Shown here piece by piece: positions 1 to 8,627 of a stretch of DNA of 64,000 nt (the first letter of the stretch is position 1; every line of letters starts with the position of its first letter). The stretch is taken from sequence record PZ379176.1, one strand, 5' to 3'. Position numbers and translations under genes: made by a program. The DNA is from a phage. The notes under the pieces are model-generated. The model searched no databases, was not told the DNA's origin, and saw nothing but the letters and a program-made list of their open reading frames with translations.

Positions 1-63
1 TGTTTAGTGAGTTTGATGGTCAGTATAAAATCATCACACTCCCTGCTTGTGCTTGAGGTTATT

Positions 64-228
64 ATGTTCAAGTGGTTTAAACGTTTCTTCCATCTCCATG
101 ATTGGGAGACAATAAAAGAAGTTCGTTTACACATATATAATGAGATTGGTCAAATAGAAGACACAGGTACTCGTTATATACTTCGATGTAAAACATGTGG
201 TCATATCACCAAGCGAGATATGATCTAA
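64..228 (+). CDS. hypothetical small protein with C-terminal CxxC (start trimmed to first ATG of track ORF 7..228)
   Basis: ORF track 7..228; internal ATG at 64; CKTCGH motif near C-terminus. Confidence 0.35.
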   Translation: MFKWFKRFFHLHDWETIKEVRLHIYNEIGQIEDTGTRYILRCKTCGHITKRDMI

Positions 229-236
229 ATAATTCT

Positions 237-312
237 GCGCTCTTAGCTCAATGGATAGAGCAGTAGCCTTCTAAGCTATTGGTTACAGGTTCGAGTCCTG
301 TAGGGCGCACCA
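237..312 (+). tRNA. tRNA-Arg (anticodon UCU)
   Basis: Hand-folded cloverleaf: acceptor GCGCTCT/AGGGCGC (one G-U), D-arm GCTC/GAGC, anticodon stem GTAGC/GCTAT with loop CTTCTAA (anticodon TCT), T-arm ACAGG-TTCGAGT-CCTGT, discriminator A and encoded CCA at 310-312. Confidence 0.9.
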
Positions 313-318
313 CATTTA

Positions 319-432
319 GGGCTAGTATGGGTGCGGCACCAGAGTTAGTGTATCCCTGTTGAGGCAAGTGCTTTTATAACAGTGGGAATTACTTTCTTAG
401 TGAGCTTCTGGTTCGATTCCAGATAGTCCACC
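319..432 (+). ncRNA. tRNA-like element: canonical T-arm (TCTGG-TTCGATT-CCAGA at 407-423) plus acceptor-like 3' strand and CCA, but no canonical cloverleaf can be built; 5' boundary uncertain
   Basis: T-loop TTCGATT with 5-bp stem; GGGCTAG at 319-325 pairs 6/7 with ATAGTCC at 423-429, but the span (about 112 nt) is too long for a standard tRNA. Confidence 0.3.
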
Positions 433-452
433 AAATCTAATAGGAGGTAATT

Positions 453-752
453 ATGAGTTGGGGTGGTGTAATATCCTTAATCTGTATCTTCCTTGTCTGC
501 ATAGCCCTTACAGGCTGCGTACAGAGCCGTCCTGATGGATGGTGTGCAGTAGCAGTGGAAGGTGTTTGTGTTTCTCGCTGGTATAAGGGTGAGAAGATTC
601 CTTCTGGTGAAATTGATATGCGATGGAACGGAGCAACCTGTTCTAATGCTAACCCTTCTATCAACGAAGAGAAGTCTACGCCAGACAATGTTGTGATTGA
701 TACAGCGTTGTGGTGTGGTGGCTCTGTAACAACAACCGGTAAGGAGTGGTGA
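453..752 (+). CDS. predicted secreted lipoprotein (signal peptide with lipobox LTGC), Cys-rich
   Basis: AGGAGG RBS at 441-446, ATG 453; hydrophobic N-terminus followed by L-T-G-C lipobox; six further Cys. Confidence 0.6.
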   Translation: MSWGGVISLICIFLVCIALTGCVQSRPDGWCAVAVEGVCVSRWYKGEKIPSGEIDMRWNGATCSNANPSINEEKSTPDNVVIDTALWCGGSVTTTGKEW

Positions 753-753
753 T

Positions 754-951
754 ATGAATTACACATCCACAAAGGTGTTAATTGATTCAATTAATAGCTC
801 CTCAGAAGCTGTACAGGAGCGTTTAATACAAGATGTTAGCAATGACATTAAGTTCTTTGTTAAGAGCCGCCTGTTAGGTTCTAAGGCTTATTACAGAGCT
901 AAAGCAGAGCTTACAAAGAGGGTGTTTCTTTTACATGGTTTGGTATATTAA
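754..951 (+). CDS. hypothetical protein
   Basis: ORF track; tightly packed after upstream gene. Confidence 0.4.
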   Translation: MNYTSTKVLIDSINSSSEAVQERLIQDVSNDIKFFVKSRLLGSKAYYRAKAELTKRVFLLHGLVY

Positions 952-960
952 GGAACTTAT

Positions 961-1182
961 ATGAAACTAGACTCTAAGCAGTCACTTAAAACCGTTGAGC
1001 TGTCCACGCTGCCAAACGGAAGTATTTTTGGTCATGATAAACACTTCTGGATTAAAACAGACATCATAGACGATGGATATATCACCTGTGTCAATCTTTG
1101 GAACGGTTCAGTGGATGGTTATCGCCCTAGCGCAAAGGTAGTCCCTCAGCCTGATGCTAAGGCTGTAGGTTTAGTTTACTAA
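961..1182 (+). CDS. hypothetical protein, member of small paralog family (see 2576-3574)
   Basis: N-terminal pattern K..TV.LS.LP.G..F shared with the four tandem ORFs at 2576-3574. Confidence 0.5.
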   Translation: MKLDSKQSLKTVELSTLPNGSIFGHDKHFWIKTDIIDDGYITCVNLWNGSVDGYRPSAKVVPQPDAKAVGLVY

Positions 1183-1191
1183 GGAGTTCAT

Positions 1192-1365
1192 ATGAGCTGT
1201 TATGGTGGCGGTGAAGTGTGTGATGACGACGACATGGAATCCAATGGTACATGCCCTGACTGTGGGTGTGAGACATTTGATGGAGTGTCAGTATACCCTG
1301 CCTGTAGTTACTCACCAGTGATCTGTAAAACATGTGGAGATCAACCTTGTGACCAGTCTTGTTAG
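1192..1365 (+). CDS. small Cys-rich (zinc-ribbon-like) protein, 57 aa, not in ORF track
   Basis: AAGGAG RBS then ATG 1192; translation contains CPDCGC and CKTCGDQPCDQSC; stop TAG 1363-1365. Confidence 0.4.
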   Translation: MSCYGGGEVCDDDDMESNGTCPDCGCETFDGVSVYPACSYSPVICKTCGDQPCDQSC

Positions 1366-1366
1366 T

Positions 1367-1591
1367 ATGTTAATAGCCTATCTGATAGGATCAGTAGTAT
1401 CAGGTGTTCTGATTAAGATTATAGATGTTAAAGGTAATCAGTGTTTCAGAGGTTGGGATGGTGAGCCAGACCTCGGAAAGATAGCAGCTATGGTTTTCTT
1501 GTGGCCTATTATTGCTGTACTATTTATAGCACTCGTATCATGGGCTGCTCTTTGGGATTTCATCCTTCCTAACAAAAAGTATGAGGACTAA
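1367..1591 (+). CDS. small membrane protein (two hydrophobic helices)
   Basis: Track ORF 1334..1591 trimmed to ATG 1367; strongly hydrophobic segments. Confidence 0.45.
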   Translation: MLIAYLIGSVVSGVLIKIIDVKGNQCFRGWDGEPDLGKIAAMVFLWPIIAVLFIALVSWAALWDFILPNKKYED

Positions 1592-1722
1592 TGACTGAAG
1601 AATTTTTAAAGTGGTTTGGTGATACCTTCAAAGAGTATCTATTCTCTCCAGAAGACTTTGAAGAACTGAAAACCTACACTTGGTTGGCTTGGAGAGATAG
1701 CCGACGAGAGATGAATAAGTAA
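1591..1722 (+). CDS. hypothetical small protein (43 aa)
   Basis: ATG overlapping upstream stop (TAATG); in-frame to TAA 1720-1722. Confidence 0.3.
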   Translation: MTEEFLKWFGDTFKEYLFSPEDFEELKTYTWLAWRDSRREMNK

Positions 1723-2255
1723 TATCGTGAAGGATTCTTACGAGAGTCCTTTGAGATAGGACTTCAGATCTCCTATCAAACTAACATTCATGTAACTAGC
1801 CCATAAGGGCGTTACCCTTTAATAACCCAGCCCACTAAGGGGGCGGGAGTTTAGTGCTGGATTAGCATAACGCTTATTCCTACAAAGGCAACCGATTGTT
1901 AGGTCTTACATGCAATATTAATTAATAGGATAAGGGAGGATTCGTCCCCTCCCCTATTCATAAACTATTAGGAGAGTACATTAGCTGATTAGCTGTGGAA
2001 GGTAGGCCGATATCTACAGCGTGGCCCAGAGCTAGTGTACTCCCCAATAACTTTAGGGTAAATGTGGAACAACCTTTTAATTACAGGTATAGCTTATGGG
2101 ACTCAGTAATGCAGAGTCTACGGTAAAGCAGTCGCCCGTGGTCGAATGACCGTATGCCCATTGGATGCATTCCTTTGGTGATGGCTAGGGAGTCCGAGCG
2201 TAGGTTCGAATCCTACACCTGTAACCAAATTGAATAATAGCTAATTGGAGGATGT
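1723..2255 (+). ncRNA. 530-bp ORF-free structured region ending in a tRNA-like 3' end (T-arm GTAGG-TTCGAAT-CCTAC, acceptor ACCTGTA, discriminator A, CCA at 2225-2227); candidate unusual or interrupted tRNA, or other structured RNA
   Basis: No ORF of 60 aa or more; perfect 7-nt acceptor complement TACAGGT at 2082-2088; hairpins at 1755-1777 and 1933-1952; no canonical cloverleaf found by hand. Confidence 0.3.
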
Positions 2256-2567
2256 ATGAAAGCACGAAGAACTATATGGACTCCGATGCAGATTGAAAAT
2301 CTTCGGAGACTAATCAAAGAGTACTCGGTTCAAGAAGTTGCTCAGATTATGAATGTAACGGAGAATGCAGTTAACGCAGCTTGTACTAAATTCGGAATAT
2401 CAAGAGCTTCAATCCGAGTTAAATGGTCTGAAGAAGAAGACCAGTTCCTTATCCGTAATGCTGGGTTCATGTCTATTCAGAGAATGGCTGACATGCTCGG
2501 TAGAAGTTATGCTGCTGTACAGAACAGAGCATGTATGCACCTTAACATTAGCCTCAAACTTAAATAG
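2256..2567 (+). CDS. putative DNA-binding regulator with two tandem helix-turn-helix-like repeats
   Basis: GGAGG RBS; repeated segments SVQEVAQIMNVTENAVNAA and MSIQRMADMLGRSYAAVQNRA. Confidence 0.5.
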   Translation: MKARRTIWTPMQIENLRRLIKEYSVQEVAQIMNVTENAVNAACTKFGISRASIRVKWSEEEDQFLIRNAGFMSIQRMADMLGRSYAAVQNRACMHLNISLKLK

Positions 2568-2575
2568 GAATCAAT

Positions 2576-2830
2576 ATGAAAGTTAACGAATTGAACAAAA
2601 CTATCAAGACTGTGAAACTCCACACTCTGAAGAAGGGCGATACCTTCCGGCTGGAAGAGAACGGTCCAATTCATATGGTCTGTACTGCGGCATCTACTAA
2701 TTGGGTAGAAGTTGCACGAGATCGAGTCGTGTGTGTCAGACTGGAAGATGGACACTTAAGTGGCCCCGTTGAGGGCATCTCTGTTATTCCTGTTAAGGTT
2801 GAAGCTAACGTTATTAAGGATTCTAAATGA
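2576..2830 (+). CDS. hypothetical protein, tandem paralog 1 of 4
   Basis: Four consecutive 81-84 aa ORFs with overlapping stop/start codons and a shared N-terminal pattern. Confidence 0.55.
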   Translation: MKVNELNKTIKTVKLHTLKKGDTFRLEENGPIHMVCTAASTNWVEVARDRVVCVRLEDGHLSGPVEGISVIPVKVEANVIKDSK

Positions 2831-3078
2831 AGATTACCCACAAGAAAGAAGAAGTGACCACGATTGATCTCAACTCCCTCCCCAGCGGAGCAGTGTTTAA
2901 ATTCCCTGAGAGTGCTACTCTCTATGTTAAAGGGTCTGTGTCTGAAAGTCCTAATGTAACCGTTAACTCTGATCGAACAATTACTCTTCGTCTATCCGAT
3001 GGTAACGTAACAGCACCTTCTATCTGGTGCCGAGTTGTTCCTGTATCAGCAGAACTTTTGGTGGATAATACGCAATGA
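2827..3078 (+). CDS. hypothetical protein, tandem paralog 2 of 4
   Basis: As above; ATGA stop/start overlap. Confidence 0.55.
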   Translation: MKITHKKEEVTTIDLNSLPSGAVFKFPESATLYVKGSVSESPNVTVNSDRTITLRLSDGNVTAPSIWCRVVPVSAELLVDNTQ

Positions 3079-3320
3079 AAATCATCCCAAAGAAAAAGGA
3101 TAATACGGTACGATTGGAAACAATCATTCCCGGAAACCCTTTCGTGGTTCAGAACGGAAGTGCCTCTCCTCAGTATTACATGAGGGTTGAAAATGCTTCT
3201 GGTAACATCCGTATAGCCAGTGGTTGGGTTCCTGTGGTAAACCTTTCCACAGGTGTGTTATCTGTTAAAGGTCTTGATGATCAGGTAGAAATGATTCGTA
3301 TGTCAGTGGTTCAGGAGTAG
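3075..3320 (+). CDS. hypothetical protein, tandem paralog 3 of 4
   Basis: As above. Confidence 0.55.
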   Translation: MKIIPKKKDNTVRLETIIPGNPFVVQNGSASPQYYMRVENASGNIRIASGWVPVVNLSTGVLSVKGLDDQVEMIRMSVVQE

Positions 3321-3574
3321 TGCATATGAGCATTATTAACATTAAAGTTAAAGACAAAGAGGAAAAAATCCTCCGCGTCAGAGATCTAAATATGTCAGAT
3401 GTGTTCACTCTCCAAGAGTGCCAAAATCAAAAGGTTTATATGATGACAGCTAAAAGCAGGGGTTGTCAACCTGCTGGAGCTGTTAACCTAGGCACTGGAG
3501 AACTACGTGTCATCTCTGGTGATATGGTTGTTGGTGAGAAGTTTATTAAGGCTGAAATCATCTTAACTTCGTAG
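3320..3574 (+). CDS. hypothetical protein, tandem paralog 4 of 4 (more diverged)
   Basis: As above. Confidence 0.5.
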   Translation: MHMSIINIKVKDKEEKILRVRDLNMSDVFTLQECQNQKVYMMTAKSRGCQPAGAVNLGTGELRVISGDMVVGEKFIKAEIILTS

Positions 3575-3806
3575 GGAAAACAAATGAGACGTAAAGCATA
3601 TTCTTATGACGATATGATTAACCAGAAAGGCTTCGGTCAACGACAGCCTGACGGTTCAATTATCTGGTTCGTAAACGGACAGAAAAAGGTAGCTAAATAA
3701 GCCCTCTTCTCTCCTCCTTTTAGTACTATGACGCCTCTCTGTGGGCGGCCCGATTTGCGTAGGGAATTCCCTCTACGCAGCCATAATTTTTTAAGGAATT
3801 TCCCCT

Positions 3807-4040
3807 ATGTCTAAAGTAAGCGCAATCGATGCAATCCGTCAACCGTTTCAGTTCCAATCCAAATCAACCCAAACCTTCAGCGAACCTAAGCAAATTCGCT
3901 TGGGTGGTACAGAGAAGACTGTGTTTGATCTGGCTAAAAACAAGAGCGTTACCGTAGTTGATGGTGGCACTCTGGTTAACGTTTCTCATCGCATCCGCAC
4001 TGGCAAAACTGCCAAAGATCGTGCTAAGAAAGGTGAGTGA
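3807..4040 (+). CDS. hypothetical protein
   Basis: ORF track; preceded by GGGAATTCCC palindrome and T-run. Confidence 0.45.
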   Translation: MSKVSAIDAIRQPFQFQSKSTQTFSEPKQIRLGGTEKTVFDLAKNKSVTVVDGGTLVNVSHRIRTGKTAKDRAKKGE

Positions 4041-4255
4041 TGATAACACTTGTGTCTGTAGTTTACAGATTACACTATCGCCTAGATAAAGGAAAATCTT
4101 ATAAATGCAAGAGTAAGACAGGGAATCTATGCTCTGTAGAGAACAACTCTGGTCAATGGGTGAATGTTCCTTGTTGCTGGTTCAGGAAAGATTTGACTAG
4201 CAAAGAGATTGACGAAATTCTTAGTGATGATTTTGTAAAATCAGGTGATTTTTAG
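4037..4255 (+). CDS. hypothetical Cys-containing protein
   Basis: ORF track; ATGA overlap with upstream gene. Confidence 0.4.
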   Translation: MMITLVSVVYRLHYRLDKGKSYKCKSKTGNLCSVENNSGQWVNVPCCWFRKDLTSKEIDEILSDDFVKSGDF

Positions 4256-4270
4256 TTGTAGTAACGCCTA

Positions 4271-4290
4271 TAGCCTTCTTCGGAGGGCTA
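4271..4290 (+). other. 8-bp GC-rich hairpin with UUCG tetraloop immediately after gene 4037..4255
   Basis: TAGCCTTC-TTCG-GAGGGCTA; no clear T-run after it. Confidence 0.5.
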
Positions 4291-4411
4291 TGTGAGTTAT
4301 TCTGACTCAACTAACCTAATCTTAATATATTTCCCGTATGGGGCCGATGCTAGGGAGAGGAACATTCCTCGAACATCCGTCGGATAGATATTTTAAGAGC
4401 AGGTTATCCAC

Positions 4412-4439
4412 AGATATTGGGTAATATCTTTTTGTATTT
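4412..4439 (+). terminator. rho-independent terminator candidate
   Basis: AGATATT-GGGT-AATATCT hairpin followed by TTTTGTATTT. Confidence 0.5.
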
Positions 4440-4446
4440 AAAGCTT

Positions 4447-4471
4447 GACTCTTTTCGGAGAGTCCTTTTTT
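4447..4471 (+). terminator. rho-independent terminator candidate
   Basis: GACTCT-TTTCGG-AGAGTC hairpin followed by CTTTTTT. Confidence 0.5.
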
Positions 4472-4490
4472 AAATTCAACGAGAGGAAAT

Positions 4491-4643
4491 ATGTCTAAAT
4501 TAGATTTAAAACTGCTAGCAGCAGCGGTAGTGATTTGTGCACTAGCACTGGTAACGCAGAGAACATCTGGATTTATTCAGTGTTTCTTTTCTGGGCAATC
4601 CACTTATCAGTGGGTTATTGACGAGTGTAAACAACAGGAGTAA
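4491..4643 (+). CDS. small hydrophobic protein (50 aa), not in ORF track
   Basis: RBS GAGAGGAAAT then ATG 4491; hydrophobic N-terminus. Confidence 0.35.
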   Translation: MSKLDLKLLAAAVVICALALVTQRTSGFIQCFFSGQSTYQWVIDECKQQE

Positions 4644-4645
4644 GT

Positions 4646-5008
4646 ATGAATACACGTCCCATCAAGGGCAACGTTAATATTGAAACTCTGAACAAGGTTG
4701 CATCAAACCTCGGTGGTATGTCCAACGAAGAGCTTGAGCAAGAACTTGCTTGGATTGCAAATGGTATCAAGGTTGCTAAAGGTAAGATTGCTCGTGAGCA
4801 AAGTAACATGAAAGCTCATAAGTATCTAATCCATCGTGCAAACGTGTTACCGGATCGGGTTGTACATCTTGCCCGTAAAAACTACGCAGAAGCAAAGAAA
4901 GCTCTGGAAGAAGCTGAGTTCCAGAAGCATCAATTTATGAACAACTATCGAAACTTCCGAGATATTCTTTATATTCGTAAGTCGATTGAGTTGATTAAAA
5001 ACCAATAG
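4646..5008 (+). CDS. hypothetical protein
   Basis: ORF track. Confidence 0.5.
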   Translation: MNTRPIKGNVNIETLNKVASNLGGMSNEELEQELAWIANGIKVAKGKIAREQSNMKAHKYLIHRANVLPDRVVHLARKNYAEAKKALEEAEFQKHQFMNNYRNFRDILYIRKSIELIKNQ

Positions 5009-5019
5009 AGGTTGGTATA

Positions 5020-6219
5020 ATGTTTCCAGTAACATTAGAAGATACTGAAGGTAATATTTTAACAGTCAACCCTCCTTGTTATGGGTTCCTTCAGCTTCGC
5101 AACTATAACGGTGGCGTTGATGAAGACGATGAAGAGTATGATGACTACTTCGACCCTAACATGTATGAGGCAACTCATGGATGGAATATGCACGTTCGAG
5201 TGTGGCATGAAGAAGCTAACGTTCGTAGTGCTGATGGGGAAGAGTTCCTGTTAAGCCGAGAGATGGATATGTGTAAAATCAAGCATATCTGGAACTCTGG
5301 AACTCATATGAAGATGTTAGGTTTTAGACGTTGGCGTGATGAAAAGCATGTAGCTGAAGCTTTAAGTTGGTGTTCGTATGAAGATGAAGACACGCCCCCT
5401 AAGAACAACATCGAACGTTGGAACGACAAAAACCCTGAGCATCGAACCACACCTCGTGCTGTACTGGAAGCTATGGAAGCATTTGTGGACAAAGATCGTC
5501 CCTCCTGTTTACGCTGGCACGATAAAGGTTTTATGGGGGTAGCAACTGAGAATATCCCTGCTGATCGTTGTCTGTTCTATTTGATGTTAGACCGAACCTT
5601 CTATTGTGAAGATGAAGAGAGTCAAGTTGAAACCTTCCTCCATAAATGGTTGGTTGAAGGCTGGACAATCCTTCAGGCTTATGTTTACTCACGAATGGTT
5701 AGCACTTACACTAACCTCTTGGGAGAAAAGAAAGCAACTCTGGTTGGTAACGATTGGGATGCTTGTATCTTCCCAGCGTCGCTATTTACAGTCGGCATGG
5801 CTGATAAATACGCTGAAGCATTTCAAGTGCCTTGGCGTCAACAGTCATATAGAGATGGATGCGGTCATTTCCGTGATGAAGACTTTAAGTGGATTCATTA
5901 CGAGAATGATGAAACAGCAGAATTACGAGTTAACAACTCAATGTTCTTGCCAGTGATGCACCCCGATCTAGTAAAAGACGGGTCAGAGACACTTAAAGGT
6001 GATAATCTTTTGGTTAACTTTACCCGTCGCGTGTCTAAAAATGAGAAAACAGCTAACAGGTTAATCTACGGCATTCGTGCCGAGGCTAAAGACCTGTTCA
6101 ACATCTACAACATCATTCAGCGATTTAGTAGTGGAACTCTGGACCAAAGTTCGGAGTATTCAGTGATTCCGTCCTCTGAGTGGGATGGTATTATGAGCGG
6201 ATTATTTTTAGGAAAATAA
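5020..6219 (+). CDS. hypothetical protein (399 aa), first gene of the amidoligase-containing cluster
   Basis: ORF track; no motif recognised; contiguous with downstream ligase genes. Confidence 0.5.
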   Translation: MFPVTLEDTEGNILTVNPPCYGFLQLRNYNGGVDEDDEEYDDYFDPNMYEATHGWNMHVRVWHEEANVRSADGEEFLLSREMDMCKIKHIWNSGTHMKMLGFRRWRDEKHVAEALSWCSYEDEDTPPKNNIERWNDKNPEHRTTPRAVLEAMEAFVDKDRPSCLRWHDKGFMGVATENIPADRCLFYLMLDRTFYCEDEESQVETFLHKWLVEGWTILQAYVYSRMVSTYTNLLGEKKATLVGNDWDACIFPASLFTVGMADKYAEAFQVPWRQQSYRDGCGHFRDEDFKWIHYENDETAELRVNNSMFLPVMHPDLVKDGSETLKGDNLLVNFTRRVSKNEKTANRLIYGIRAEAKDLFNIYNIIQRFSSGTLDQSSEYSVIPSSEWDGIMSGLFLGK

Positions 6220-6229
6220 AAGGTTAGTT

Positions 6230-7201
6230 ATGTCAATCTCCACAACGATCGTACCTCTTAATCTTCAACAGGATTTAGGGGAACAGAAGTTCTTAGGTCG
6301 TGGGTGCTTCGGTATCCACAACTACATGCAAGGTCAAGTCGTATATGATGTTAATGACGAATGTGTAATGGAAGATGGGCGCCATAAACGCTTCAACCGT
6401 GACATTAACTTGCAATTGGAGATGTTGAATTACTGGACCCACTCTTTTCATGGTCATGTTCCATCTGATATTGAAAAGAACTTGATTGAAACAGCAGACA
6501 TTATGAATTCTATGTCTTGCTATCGTGATGTATTTACTATCACTTCAGCGAACAGTGTTGCTGTCAATCTTCGTGAGCATCCAGCAGATCAGATCTTCAC
6601 AGGACTTATGCTCTTCCGTAGTATTCTGGAAGGGCAATATCGTGGAATGGATTTCCTAGCAGAAGGAATTGAAGACAGGGAAGAGTGGCTGAAGCGTAAA
6701 CGCATCGGCATCGCTCTAGTGTTAGCTGGGTTGGGTCGTGACTTCTTCGGTGGGTGGTCTCAACGAGGAAGAGCCAATGGGAGTAGCGAGAGCACCTCTA
6801 TTGTTATTAACAACAATATGTCAGCAGCAGCTTTCCTTCCTTTGGTTGTAGACTCTGATGAATATACGAAGCAAGTATGGGTTCAAAACCCCTTCGGTGT
6901 TGGCGACAATGAGAATGGTTATGTTCGTAACCACAACCAAGATGCCTTACGAAGATTTGCTCGTGCTAAAGATCAAGACCCAGACGAGTATGAAACAATG
7001 TCAGAGTGGTTAAGACTCTGGTCCAACTGTTATGGTCACAAACGTGAAGCAATAGACGACAAGTTGGGAAACATTACGGTACAAAACTTTACATCCCGAC
7101 TGATTCAAAGAACTGGAGCAGATTCCGGTCTTACTCTTGAAGAAGTTGGTAACACAATCTCATCTCTCTTTTCTGAACTAGTGGAGTATTACAATGACTA
7201 A
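6230..7201 (+). CDS. hypothetical protein (323 aa), cluster member
   Basis: ORF track; overlaps next gene by 8 nt. Confidence 0.5.
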   Translation: MSISTTIVPLNLQQDLGEQKFLGRGCFGIHNYMQGQVVYDVNDECVMEDGRHKRFNRDINLQLEMLNYWTHSFHGHVPSDIEKNLIETADIMNSMSCYRDVFTITSANSVAVNLREHPADQIFTGLMLFRSILEGQYRGMDFLAEGIEDREEWLKRKRIGIALVLAGLGRDFFGGWSQRGRANGSSESTSIVINNNMSAAAFLPLVVDSDEYTKQVWVQNPFGVGDNENGYVRNHNQDALRRFARAKDQDPDEYETMSEWLRLWSNCYGHKREAIDDKLGNITVQNFTSRLIQRTGADSGLTLEEVGNTISSLFSELVEYYND

Positions 7202-8000
7202 GCGCAAATTTCTCATCGGCTCTGACCCTGAAATGTTCGTTCGTACTAGTAATGGTATCATCACTTCTGTAGCCGGTTTATTAGGCTGCTCTAAGGACGA
7301 TAAGATCGCTCTGGCTAAGGATGTTCGTCTCCAAGAGGACAACGTACTGGCTGAGTTTGATATTGACCCACAGAGCGGTTTTGAAGCGTTTAACGATAAC
7401 ATGCAACGTGGTATTGATCTCACCAATAATGTCCTGAACAAACTGGACATGGAAACAGCTCCGGGTGTTAGCTCTCACATCTTCACTGAAGAAGAGATGA
7501 AGACCTTTAACGAATCAGCGTTCATCTTCGGGTGCACTCCTGATTTCAACGCCTTCACTGGTCAGAAAAACCCATCCCCGACTTCTCAGAATAAGGGACT
7601 TCGTACTGCCGGTGGTCACGTACATCTTGGCGTAGTTGGTGCTTTGGATATCACTCTGCAAACTCAGATGATGCTGGGTGTGTTGTGTGACTACTTCCTG
7701 TCTCTCCCAGCAGTAATTATGGACAAAGATACTCGCCGTAAAGAACTCTACGGTAAAGCATCTGCAATCCGTTATAAAGACTATGGTATTGAATACCGTT
7801 CTCTGTCTAACTTCTGGATTAGTGATCGTGAAAACCGTAAGTTTGTTTACGATCAGGTTGACAAGGTTGTTCAGCAGTGTGATATGTCCACCCTGATGGC
7901 ATTGCACTCTCGCCTTCCGATTGAGAAGCTTCATGAAATCATTAACGGGAACAACGTTAAAGAAGCTGACCAGCAGATCAAACTCCTTCAGGTAGCATAA
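7194..8000 (+). CDS. putative carboxylate-amine (COOH-NH2) ligase / amidoligase-like protein
   Basis: N-terminal GSDPE and central GGHVHLG, reminiscent of glutamine-synthetase-like amidoligase motifs; assignment by eye only. Confidence 0.4.
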   Translation: MTKRKFLIGSDPEMFVRTSNGIITSVAGLLGCSKDDKIALAKDVRLQEDNVLAEFDIDPQSGFEAFNDNMQRGIDLTNNVLNKLDMETAPGVSSHIFTEEEMKTFNESAFIFGCTPDFNAFTGQKNPSPTSQNKGLRTAGGHVHLGVVGALDITLQTQMMLGVLCDYFLSLPAVIMDKDTRRKELYGKASAIRYKDYGIEYRSLSNFWISDRENRKFVYDQVDKVVQQCDMSTLMALHSRLPIEKLHEIINGNNVKEADQQIKLLQVA

Positions 8001-8009
8001 GAGGTTATC

Positions 8010-8627
8010 GTGAGCTTAGTAGCTGATTTTTCTCATTACTATAATGGTACATGGATTGCTAAACGAGCAGGCAATATCAACCTTCCGTGTTTTGTGATTG
8101 GTGTTGAGCAGAGCGGTAACTTCCGCAGCGATGACTTCTCGCATGAAGCAGAACAGGCTCTGTATTTTGTTGTAGAGCAGTGGTACAAGAACGAGCATGG
8201 GAATCTCCGAAACACTACGATGAATATTCCAGTGTTCGACCCAACCTTGATTCTTGAATCACCTGATGTTGGTTATCTGTTCCATAACGGTAACACTGTA
8301 AGCTGGACTCATATCAACCCTGTTCGTCAGAGAGCGAAGGGTTTGATGGGTAACAAGATTCGAAACGCTCCGGGAATTGGTCGTTCGATCTCTGGTGAAA
8401 TGGTTTACAGTCTGTTCAATCCTGAATTTGATGGATTGGTTACTCGTTATATTTACATCAATCCTACAGATGGTAAAGTGCATTATAAAGGTGCACTGGT
8501 AGGTCAGGTAGATCTGGAAGCACCTCGTGACTCTTATGGTCAACAACCGATGCGACTTCTGGAGCATTTTCATCACATCTCTGAAAACCTTAGCAATTAT
8601 AATATTACGTTGGTGGATTCGTTATGA
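8010..8627 (+). CDS. hypothetical protein (205 aa), cluster member
   Basis: ORF track. Confidence 0.5.
   Translation: MSLVADFSHYYNGTWIAKRAGNINLPCFVIGVEQSGNFRSDDFSHEAEQALYFVVEQWYKNEHGNLRNTTMNIPVFDPTLILESPDVGYLFHNGNTVSWTHINPVRQRAKGLMGNKIRNAPGIGRSISGEMVYSLFNPEFDGLVTRYIYINPTDGKVHYKGALVGQVDLEAPRDSYGQQPMRLLEHFHHISENLSNYNITLVDSL

Noticed and set aside
319-432. Second canonical tRNA gene
   Set aside because: Clear T-arm and CCA, but no D-arm or anticodon arm could be drawn for any 70-95 nt span, so it is reported only as a tRNA-like element.
437-790. 117-aa ORF on the - strand overlapping the lipoprotein gene
   Set aside because: Antisense to a + strand ORF that has a strong RBS and signal peptide; the region lies in a uniformly + strand transcribed block; likely a shadow ORF.
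7515-7934. 139-aa - strand ORF inside the amidoligase-like gene, and similar - strand ORFs at 10269-11392 and 16910-17212
   Set aside because: All are antisense to longer + strand genes with recognisable enzyme motifs in a block with no other - strand genes.
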